Part shown: in pieces, positions 13,324-23,265 of the stretch
Layout: each line of letters starts with the position of its first letter
Numbering within the stretch: the first letter of the stretch is position 1
DNA from: Lingula anatina
Taxonomy: Eukaryota; Animalia; Brachiopoda
Assembly: GCA_051362555.1 (NCBI GenBank)
Contig: CM120641.1
Location: forward strand, 47,498,401-47,562,400
Direction: 5' to 3'
DNA length: 64,000 nucleotides
The notes under the pieces: model-generated
Databases searched by the model: none
Told to the model about the DNA's origin: nothing
The model's input: the letters and a program-made list of their open reading frames with translations, nothing else
Position numbers and translations under genes: made by a program

Positions 13324-16300
13324 ATGGGTGCCTTTGTAAGTGATATACAGGGAGATAAAAGCACTATTGTGGAAGAATTAACCAGTCCATCCAAGGGTGA
13401 CTGGATAACTCTTCATTCTGAGATCACTGGAGGTTAGTTGGTATTAAAACTCCAGCCTGAATTAAAGTTCAATTTTAGTGGAAATTTTGAAGTTTTTCCT
13501 CAATTAATAATTTCTTAATTATTCCTTAATATTCTGTATAATATGGTTTTCTGTGCTAGGTATAAATACATACAGGTTCTCTCTCTTTTAGTTACAATGG
13601 TGGAGGTGGAACGTTTGTGGCTGCGTTTCCAACAAATGGGATGTGACGAAAATGGAATACTTTCAGAAGAAACTGTGAAAAACAACCCAAAATTTAAGGA
13701 TGATGTCTTTGTAAGGAATGTAAGTAACTGTGACATGGCAGGTTGATATATGCAATGTAACTTAAATTCTGTCATAATCCCTTTAAGACTTATTACATAA
13801 ATATATCACAGATTACAGTATTTTTAAGGATGTGAACCTATGTATAAGAAACATATCCTTTAATTGCTGTTTAAGTTCATCTTGTTGAAAGAATTATGAT
13901 ATAATGGAAAGAAAACTTGAATAATGACTAAATTAAAACAGTTTTTGTCTTTCAAAGAAATTGCCAAAAGATATGTACTTGTATACACCAGTAAGCTAAA
14001 AATGCTACAGTTTATTTGACATTATAGTTCTGTTGGTCTCTGCAGAATTTGTCATAAACAAAAAAAAAAAAAATGTTCTGATGAGTTTAGCCAGAAAGAT
14101 TTACTCATTTGGCTAGAAAAGTACCGAGAGCAGAGATATTGTTTTTTTTTTTTTTTCTTAATACATTCTGCACAGTCCCATATGCAAGGGTAGAGAGAGA
14201 TTGGGGTTTTTGAAAGAATCCCTGTTTGGTAGAAAAGGGTTGATTCTGGCTAAAGAAATGATCAAGATTCTCCTCCATTCTTCAAGATTGGTCTACAAAG
14301 TGGGTAAAAAGCCCCCACCCCCACCCCAAGGCCTGGTGCAATGTACACTTTACCAAGAATTTGAATTAAACTATTCCACGTGTCACATCATAAAAGAAGT
14401 GGCAACAGATAAACAATATTAATAATACATTTATATATATATATATATAATTGCCATGTTATGGGACTTACTGAAAAAAAAAATGGATTTGTGTTTTTAT
14501 TCATTTTAATAGGTCTTGGTGAAATTTGCAGACCAAAAAGGGGATATCCACTTTCAAACTTTTCTCAATGCCATGGAGTGGTTTGAAGAATCTGATATTG
14601 AAACAAAACTAAAAGGTTGGTCGGCTATAACAAGTTCCACAATGTAAAAGTCTTTGTCAAAAAAACATTCCTTCTTTTAGCAGATTGAGGAATTAGTTGC
14701 TGATAGTGAACAGTACAGCACATGGCTGTCATCAGAGGAGTTTATTATCATGTTTAGAAGATTTTATCAGTTGCCATATGATTATATTGAATTTAACATG
14801 ATGCATCAATTTTACTTTGAAGCAACCTTTAGTCTGTTTAACAATGGGAACCCAATCTATCCAGAAATGCTGGAGAGAATTATCAAACGAGTTTATTCAG
14901 AGGATTCAGAGGTAATTTTAAAGGCCGCTTAAAGAACAGCGGACTAACTAGTCCATGGATCAAATATGGCTGACCCATTTGAATGCTTCTATTCAGTGCC
15001 TACTAGGGGATTAGATGGCAAGCTTTTAAGTGGGTCACCATATTTGATCCTCAGACTAGTTAGTCTACTGTTGTGAATATAGCCATAGACCCTTTTCACA
15101 TTAAGCGATCTACTTAAGCAATACACTCTGTACTTTGAGGGGTCCTAACATGTAATAATGCTACTGTTACAGGGGTTTTTACTCTCTTTCTCATTTTTTT
15201 ACAAGTGCTGTTTACTTATGCGTAAATTAGTTAATTGCCCATGGGAGGGGGGGGAGGCAGCATTTAGTCAGCTCTTTTACATTATAGCTTAGCTATCAAG
15301 TTGTCAGACTCTCAAAGTGGACCTACGTACCACTCGATGTGAAAGGAGCCTGACATTCATACAGTATTGATCTTAACCCTGATTTTCACCTCCACTTTCA
15401 ACTTGTCCCTATGTTGTCTACATTGTATAGATCAGTAGGTGATATTTGTAAAGCATCTTACATTTTAGAAGCTCTGGGGTTAAGATTTGTACATATACAA
15501 ATATTATCTAATGAAAAAAATGTTTATTCATTGATTTTAGGGTAAAATATTTCTCAGTATGGTATAAAATGGGGATTTTTTCCTTACTGGTTATTTTAAA
15601 AAACTTGCATTCAAATGTTCATTTTTTATCATACAGGCATCACATAAAAGGCTTACACAAGTATTTATGAAGTACATAGATGACAAAAATCAAGGTAAAT
15701 AGAAATATTGTTTTGAAATTTTTACCACTAACTTATATATCAATATATTTACCTGTCAGGCAGAACTTCTGTACATGTTGTCTTTACCTCCTCCATGATT
15801 GTATGGCCAGTCTGAGAGATGACATTAGTTATGGCATTTAGGTCTGTCTCATCTGTTAAACAATTTATGGGTAAATGATTATAACTGAAAAAGAATACAG
15901 ACCTGTACAGATAACTCATTCTATGGTGATGAATTGTGCACATGTCTGGGCATTTAAGTTTAAAGGGATAATAACTCTTCGTATGAAATCTATATTTCAC
16001 AATAAAAACATTGTGAATAATTCATAAAAATATAATATATTCTGTTTTACCACAAAAACGGCAGTTTTAGCTATTATTCTGATATCTGAGCTTGTCTTTA
16101 GACCACGTGACCTCCATTGATGTCTATACTCTGTTAAAATCTCTTAAGAGATTTTAACAAAAAAACAAACTTTTTAGAAAAAAACCAGGGACTAACTTCG
16201 AATGTAAAAATGGATTCATTAACCATTGGTAAGTGTGGGAAAATTGTTGTTTACTCCAGGAAAATTCATTTTTTGGCCGAAACGAAGAGTTATTATGACT

Positions 16301-16903
16301 TTAACATCTGGATTACAGAGATCGGGGGGGGGGGGGAGGTCTGTCTATTAAATGGATACTGTGATTGGGGGGGGGGTGTTTTTCTATCTTTCAAATTGGT
16401 ACAAGTACAGAGTATTATCAGAACACTGAAGAGGACAAAACCATTGTAATCCTGTATGGAATTCAGTGGATTAAAGAAGGACTCAAAGTGCCATGAAGCA
16501 CAGTGTAGTGTTCCTGTTGTCATTTAATTAAAAAGAATATATACGTAGCTGTTGTTTTCTGATTGTTCTAAAAAGAAAAATTTTGGATAGGAAAGGAAGG
16601 CTCTGCAACATTCTATGAAAGAGAATATAGCAACTTATACAATTTTAATTTTTTTTTACCTTTATTTTACATGATTAATCTCTTGTGTTAATTTTGCATA
16701 ATTACTGAGTATCTGTGGCTGCAGTTAACTTTACATGATTTAATTTTTCAGGCTTTATTGATCAAGATATGTTTGTACGATGGGCAGCAACTTTGCCAAA
16801 AGAATCCCTGGAACAAGTAATGCATTTCTCTGTGGTCCCACCAGAAATCAGTGGAGAGGCACAGAAAGCATTTGAAGGCAGATCTCGTTTGGCAAAAAAT
16901 TGA
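13324..16903 (+). CDS. Calcineurin B / CHP-like EF-hand protein (about 212 aa) with N-terminal myristoylation motif
   Basis: Phase-consistent exons 13324-13432, 13592-13719, 14513-14615, 14823-14911, 15637-15694, 16752-16903. Starts MGAFVS (MGxxxS). Contains EVERLWLRFQQMGCDENGILS, GDIHFQTFL...ETKLKATFSLF and IDDKNQGFIDQDMF, which follow the CnB/CHP pattern with degenerate EF loops. Confidence 0.75.
14922..15084. mobile_element. Palindromic MITE related to family B, about 10 bp from a splice donor
   Basis: GACTAACTAGTC...GATCAAATATGG / CCATATTTGATC...GACTAGTTAGTC inverted repeat. Shares AAATATGGC motif with 9939-10224. Confidence 0.6.
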
Positions 16904-17242
16904 GCCGTTTCCAGACACTGTGTAATGGAATCTACCAGAGGTTACATCTCCTGGCCACCGTCAGCTTTATATGTGCCATATCTGCTGTGCAGCTCTTTTC
17001 CTTTAGCTATATATGTATGCAATGTGTTTCATTTAGGCCGAGTTACAATTACACACAAACACAAAAAAAAAAAAAAAAACAGATTGTGTAATTTATAAGA
17101 GATGCATTGTGTTTCATTCAGGCCAAGTTTTTATTACACCCAAATACAAAATAGCAGAATGTTTAAAGAGATGCTTTGGAGTTGATCTGATCAAGTTAGG
17201 TATAGCGAAGGTCTGATATTAAAAATGTTGGCACAGAATATG

Positions 17243-17323
17243 ATAATCATCATCATCAACCTTTGGTCACAGGGGTGGCGGGGATCATCATGGTGTGCTC
17301 CCTCCAAACAGAGCTGTCCTGTG
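17243..17323 (-). mobile_element. 5'-truncated RTE-like LINE 3' end
   Basis: Minus strand reads QDSSVWREHTMMIPATPVTKG* followed by a (GAT)n tail. This resembles the 'AQDRxxWR' C-terminus plus microsatellite tail of RTE-clade LINEs. Confidence 0.55.
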
Positions 17324-18290
17324 TAAAGGGAATGGATATCAGCAGTAATGCATATTTGTAGCACTCATTCCTAGGAATGAGCAAACACTAAGTCTTGAGA
17401 ATGCATGTCCTGGGTCCTCCCTCCCTGGGAATGCACGTCCTGGGACATAATTTCCTGAGACATGAAGTTTTCCAGACAACTGTTACTTAGTATTCTAAGT
17501 TCTGTGGACCAGAATCTATGTCCTAGTTGGAGATATTTTCACAACTGAACTAGATATTGATGTCCCCAGATTTTGCTTTGTATATATATTGTTGGTGAAG
17601 AATATGTAATTTATTTAGTTTAGAATGAGATTATAGTAATTATAATGATACATATACATGTAGTCAGGCTTTATTCGGTTACATTTATTTATTTCAAACA
17701 AATGAACTCACAACCCACCTGAATTAAACAAATGATAGAGAAAGAAAAGAACAAGAATTAGAAATACTAAATTATATTTAAATTTTATTTAATAACTTAT
17801 TTGCATTGATTGGGCTTTCTCCTCTTGGAAGATGATGGGATGACATGTAGTCCATTGGCGGATGAAACCAATTGGCGTTTCTCTGGGATGTTTAAGAATA
17901 TCATTATGTGCCTTGTTCTCTGTTCTTCTCTCTTCTGGGCCCAACACTCACTGTCCATACAGAAGGAGGTGAAGTGTTTGTCCAAGGAGAATTCCCCTCT
18001 TCCTATAATTGCCTTTTCCACACCTGTGTACTGGCCCTATATGATGACCTCATGCAAACTCCTTATTAAAGCTGGGATGTTTTGCTGTCTCCACACTGTT
18101 TTCATCTTCAAGACATGATTTATGGCTTCACATTAGTCCAATGATGGTGTGCCACTTCTTGGCTTAGGGAGGTTTCTAAATTTTCTTGGTCATAAGGGTA
18201 GATATGCTGGCTGAAATATGGTGAAAATTGTGGAGCTGTTTCATCTATGAGGTATTATGTATGTAACAGACTTTTTACAGGTATTATGTA

Positions 18291-18872
18291 TGTAACAGAC
18301 GGACTCTCTGGTTGTGTAAAATGACTTTATTGCTATAACTAAAATTTTCACCCTGTAATAAAGGTGACATATAATTAGATAAAATGACATACAACAAATA
18401 ACTTATAATTCTATAGTTTACTTCTATGAAAAGGAAATAATAATTTTGATATAGATAACTACGGTTTATAAAGGCTATAACGGCTTACCCTGATCTTATT
18501 CAAGGGCGTTTTAGAAAGAGTGCTGGATATACCAATACGGCTTGGTCTGAAAACTAAAGAGTAGAAAACGATGTAATACAGTATAGTATAGTGGAGTTGG
18601 ATACGCAAAAGACAAGATAAAATATAACTAGAATTAACTAGACGACATCCAACTTACCACATAGAAACAGACAGACGAACAGCAACTTCAGCACTATTTG
18701 AAAATACGGCGCCAATGCCTTTTATAATGTGAAGTCACATGACAAAGACGCGGGAAGACAGAACAAAGGGACATAGACAAAGGAACAGACAAAGGAACAA
18801 TTAGAGGGCGTCAGAGTCACAGCAAGTCACAAGACAAGACGAGTGACGAGTGCATATTTACACATAGTTACA
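18291..18872 (-). mobile_element. Solo LTR (582 bp), probably Gypsy
   Basis: Termini TGTAAC...GTTACA, 4-bp TSD TGTA (18287-18290 and 18873-18876). Minus-strand TATAAAA near 18725 and AATAAA near 18330. Removing the LTR and the junction duplication rejoins the MULE frame. Confidence 0.75.
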
Positions 18873-19055
18873 TGTAGTTTCGAGCTTTCGTGCTTCTAAG
18901 ATTGGAAATGAGGGTGCAGTTGTCATTCCAGAAGCTCCAAATATAGCTGCTGTAATCTGGTGTCTTGTGGAACTGTCTACCCCAACTTTGACACACAGCT
19001 GCATTATACAATTCTGCTTTAAATGCCTTTCGGATGACAATCTTGCCTCCTCAAA

Positions 19056-19131
19056 GATGTTTCTGCCCCAGTGTCCAATTTAAAATCCATCAATCCATGT
19101 TCCTTAACAAAAATTTCTTTCAACCACTCTT
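19056..19131 (-). mobile_element. Gypsy-type aspartic protease fragment
   Basis: Minus strand reads EWLKEIFVKEHGLMDFKLDTGAETS, with the retropepsin FKLDTGA active-site motif. Confidence 0.7.
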
Positions 19132-20256
19132 TTTGAATTTCCAGTACTGAGTAATGGTTGGATTGGATGGCAGAGTTATTTTCAATACTTCCTGGATGTG
19201 ATTGAAAATGATTTTCTCACTATCTCCAAATCTATCTAGTAATAGTCTTTTTGACACTTCGTAGTTGTCTTTGGTAAGTGTTAGGCCTGCAATGGTGGCC
19301 TGGGCCTCTCCCTCTAGCAAAGAGCGCAGATACGCAAATTTGGAAATAGTGGAAATGTCCTTATTATTGTCAATGACTGCACAAAATTGATCGAAAAAAA
19401 CAGGCCAATCCAAGACATTGCCTGAGAATTTTGGTAAGTCTATTTTTGGCAGCTTAGCAGACGGACAATGTTTTATATCACTGCTCACCTCTCGCGTACG
19501 GTCACTGAAAGTTGGAGCTCCACTAGATACGTACCTTCTTCGTGGCCTTAATATATATACCATTCCTTGGCCGTGTCCCTGAATGCTGCCACCTCGCGTT
19601 GGTCTGCTTCCAACTCACCTTCAGATTCAAACTCTAATTCTACTTCCAACTGAACTTCATCCAGCTTGGAAATCTGCTTTTCAAAATCAGCAATACAGTC
19701 CTTTAGAGTGTCAATGTCCTCTTCATCTTCCAAAAGTGTTCTTATTTGTTCACAAGAACGAGTGACCCATCCTCTAAGTGAAGCTCTGGTTTTCCTTAAT
19801 TTAGACATGGCTAAGGCGTGCAAATCCTTGACACTGTAGTCCTGCTATACATGTATCCTGGCTCGCGGCACCAAATGTTGAAGTCAAAAGTAAATAAAAA
19901 CTTGTGCTGGTTCAATTTATTTTATTTTTTTATTTTACAGTTTTACATTACATTCAAACCACACGTGACCAACAAACATGTCACAACTTCACTCCGCATG
20001 GAGTCCACACTCTCTCCAAGATGGAAAAAACTACTCACTTCACTCCTTTTTTTACCACTAGAGGGACCCACTGCATAGTCACTTCTTACACAATTTAACA
20101 CAATTGGTCACAACCATTCAACATTATTTGACAATTCCTACTATGTACTGAATTGACCCATACATGTACATTCTCCATGTCATCTGCCATATTGTCATAT
20201 TCTGTTTCATAGTAAACATTTGTCTTGTTTGCATAGTATTTTTCTTTGGTGAAACA
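19132..20256 (-). mobile_element. 5' part of a BEL/Pao LTR retrotransposon: LTR, PBS and truncated gag (DUF1759-like)
   Basis: LTR about 20256-19876 (TGTT...AACA; the far boundary could instead be 20218). PBS TGGTGCCGCGAGCCAGGAT at 19873-19855 (tRNA-His-like). Gag starts MSKLRKTRASLRGWVT at 19809, frameshifts near 19555, then KLPKIDLPKFSGNVLDWPVFFDQF...KFAYLRSLLEGEA...NYEVSKRLLLDRFG. Confidence 0.88.
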
Positions 20257-20350
20257 TCATCATCATCATCATCATCATCATTTAGAGCCTATAGTGTTCC
20301 ACTGTTGGACAAAGGCCTCAGCATGCTTTTTCCATTGTTTCCTATCCTGA
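20257..20350 (-). mobile_element. 5'-truncated RTE LINE 3' end
   Basis: Minus strand reads GQDRKQWKKHAEAFVQQWNTIGSK* followed by (GAT)n, a typical RTE ORF end (QDRxxW...EAFVQQW). Confidence 0.75.
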
Positions 20351-20367
20351 CCCATCCTCTAAGTGAA

Positions 20368-20523
20368 ACAACACTTCTCAAAATGATTCAGTTTGTTACA
20401 TTTAGTACACCTTTTGCAAACTCTGTCCCATGAATGTAGTCCTCCACAGGGGGTGCATTTCATATGTCGATTGTATCCCCTGCAGCTTGTGCATGGTGAC
20501 CATCTACTGGTGGGAGGGTTAAT
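20368..20523 (-). mobile_element. Gypsy-type gag zinc-knuckle fragment
   Basis: Minus strand reads MKCTPCGGLHSWDRVCKRCTKCNKLNHFEKCC, which includes CX2CX4HX4C. Confidence 0.7.
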
Positions 20524-21719
20524 AATCTTGCCTCCTCAAATGAAGATTTTACTGCTTTCCTGATAGCTTTTTCATGATCGCTCCAATTATTAGGGAGCTA
20601 GCTGTTCCATCTAACTCATGAGCCAGAGAGTCCATAAATGTTGCATATGTTTCCCAGTCAGAGGTTCCATGCAGCATGTCTGGGCATAGAAATAGAGATT
20701 GTGTATATGATGAACGCCTTACTAGTGATAAGTTTTTGTACACAGTTGCTGTCACATGTAATTGTCCCAAATTGAATGTTTTGTCAATCCCCAGGACTGT
20801 TCCATACTCTGCAGGCCCTGCACAGCAAAGCCTTTTTATGTCTGCAATTTGTTTTTCAGTGTAAAGAATGAACATGGGACATTTGTTTTTTTCATGAATG
20901 ATTTTCTTTAAGAAAGGTTGGTGGTGCATATTTCCATGGAGATGAAAGATATTGTCGACAAGATTTTTTTTCTTCCACTGCTAGTAGTTGGGCCTGCAGT
21001 TTCCTTCCTAGTGGACTTTGTGTCTGAACTTGGTGCAAGTCAGCTGGCCTCCTTGGTCCTGCATTCACCCTTATCATGCTGTCATAAATATCTCTAGGCT
21101 TAGAGGTTGTAGCTTTTGTGGAATTTTTCTCAAATACGGCAGGATTTGTTTTTACATTTTGTTGTGCATTTGAATGACTTGAGTGGGCATGTGGGGCCAG
21201 TTCCCGTATATGTCCAACATATTGTACAAGTAACTTATTGGGTCTGTCTTAAAGTAAACTTACTCTCCTTTTGTAGGTAGAGTCCTTTTTAAGCCCTCTG
21301 TAATGTAATCACTTGATCTGGTTGTTGTTGTTCCAAAAGTACCAAGTTTCTCTTATATTTTATGTGCTTTTCAATATAATACTGATCATTTTAAGTACTA
21401 CCTGACACCATTTCCCACCTCTTAATGCCAATCTGGTTAATGGAGAGGGAGTCGGATTCCAGGCACCACAGGCTTCGGAAAGATCTTGTTTTAGTCCTGC
21501 TTTGATATGTGAAACATTACGCTGGTTGTCGACAAGGAACATCACATTTTCTTTCCTGCCTGGGGGGATTTCAGTGATGGCTGGAGATGAACTTGATAGT
21601 AGAAGTGAAATGACCTCATCCTCTGGTAGAAGTTTCCCTGATGTAATGGTGACCCACCTATTGCTGTACCTAACCCTTCATCTTCCTACAACTGGTTAAC
21701 CTCCCTGGTTTCATATGGA

Positions 21720-22500
21720 TTTTTGTGCCCCACGTGGAGATCTGATGAAAGCCTGGGGTCACTGATGGGGCCCTTGTCGCCCAAGTTATTGAATGCTGAC
21801 TGTAGATTTGATGTAGACCCTTTATGTTGGCATGGAAAGCCTGTGGTCAAATCATGTCAGTCTACAAATAATTTTAAATCAGTGCCTTTCACTGCACCTT
21901 TTAGGATATCTCCCTCCACAGTGTGCAAAATGCAGGTCTTGCTTTTGGTTTGGCCTTGCACCATGTATGAACCCAACCATGCATCTTGCATTTTTGTCAC
22001 CTTTACTGTCTGATCTCAGCATGTTCTTTTTCACATCTTGGTGCCCACTGGGATTGTCTGTTAAGTCCATGGGTCGTTTATCATTAATGAAAAATATATG
22101 GAATAAAATCTTAATATCTAACCTCCCTTACGAAAAAGTCCTATAGGATCCTATATAATAAGATCCTATAGGAAATTGGGCCAATTTCGTATAGAATCTT
22201 ATAGGATCGTATAGGACTTTTTCATAAGGGCTGTAAAGTGAAAGATTTACTGTCCATGGTTTACTTACATTTTGGCATTTTGTCAATCTTGCTTTTGCCT
22301 CTCTTGTGCTTGGGCAATATTTTCAAGTATGGCCTGACCTGCTTTTGACATAGCATCTGATTTTCTCTGTGTGGTATTTCGGAGGACTTGTGGGCTCACT
22401 TCTTGTTCGTTTTCTTCGTCATCTGACCCACTTCCTGTACAGTCCTGCTGTAAAGTTTGTGCCTTTCTTTTTTATTGTTCTTGGCTAACGTGATGTGAAT
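21720..22500 (-). mobile_element. Decayed Ginger/Gypsy-type integrase C-terminal (GPY/F) region, possibly intron-containing
   Basis: ILENIAQAQERQKQD (about 22330-22285), then KKNMLRSDSKGDK / MQDAWLGSYMV...LKGAVKGTDLKLF (about 22040-21860, frameshifted). A minus-strand GTAAGT near 22268 lies between the two blocks. Confidence 0.55.
22125..22210. mobile_element. 86-bp palindromic mini-element with CCC...GGG ends and 2-bp CT flanking repeat
   Basis: CCCTTACGAAAAAGTCCTATAGGATCCTATA / TATAGGATCGTATAGGACTTTTTCATAAGGG. Confidence 0.7.
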
Positions 22501-23233
22501 GTTGCGGCACAGTCTTTTGGACTTACTGAACCAAAAACGACAAAGTCACTGTTGAAATTTCTAGTGAATTTGATAAACAATTAGATGGGGGAATACCCTC
22601 GGCGTGAATACAAACTACACTGTCTTGTCACTGTCGTTTTTAGTAATGCAAACGCGACCGAGGAATATTCCTCCTCACTGATTGAACGTCTACCTTGATC
22701 AAGAGCAAATCAATAAGTGAATCACAGTTAAACAGTTAGATTCTTATAAGGACCGATCAAGGTGGGCTCCCTCTATCTGTTGATTTCTATGTCCAGCTTA
22801 CTGTCTCTGGACATGACAGATAATGGATCAATAGAGTGTTCAATCCTGGGATACACCGCCTCGGGTGCTGGCAGTTTCCTATCCATTTCACAGTTCTTTA
22901 TTGATCATCATATCTTACCGATGAATGTTCAATCTATACCAATATCAGATTCGAGAGTCAATCAATGGCCCAGGTGTGTGCATTGATAGAGAAGTCATAA
23001 AATGAGCCAAAAACAAATTGTCTGATCCACCATAACTGATGACCCATGCAGATCAATAATATCAAATTAAAGATGTCCCACAACCCTTGGATCTGCCATT
23101 GCATATCAAACCATTTGATATGTGTGATGACTGCCCTTTTCTAAAAGAGTTGAGAGGCCTCATGGTGCTGGGTTGACACCTACCTAGTTTTATATGGTTA
23201 TACATGCATATTTCTTTTAGCAAATTTGGAGGT

Positions 23234-23265
<32 letters not shown>

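Larger units (their letters stand above)
17797..21680 (-). pseudogene. Decayed Mutator/MULE-like transposase split by two nested insertions
   Basis: Collinear pieces: IPPGRKENVMFLVDN...CGAW (about 21570-21450); VLGIDKTFNLGQLHVT...DHEKAIRKAVKSSFEEARL (20929-20524); ERHLKQN...KVGV...IFG (19038-18873); HWTN/EAINHVLK...QYTGVEKAIIGRGEF (18257-17797). Several frameshifts and stops. Confidence 0.75.

Noticed and set aside
16995-17175. About 90-bp tandem duplication just after the EF-hand stop
   Set aside because: Real but diverged and unremarkable; not counted as a TE fragment.
19120-19823. ORFs 19120-19563 and 19548-19823 as a host or domesticated gene
   Set aside because: They are a frameshifted, truncated BEL/Pao gag directly behind an LTR and PBS.
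19855-19873. tRNA-like sequence
   Set aside because: Only a 19-nt primer-binding site complementary to a tRNA 3' end; no cloverleaf. No tRNA or rRNA gene was recognised in the window.
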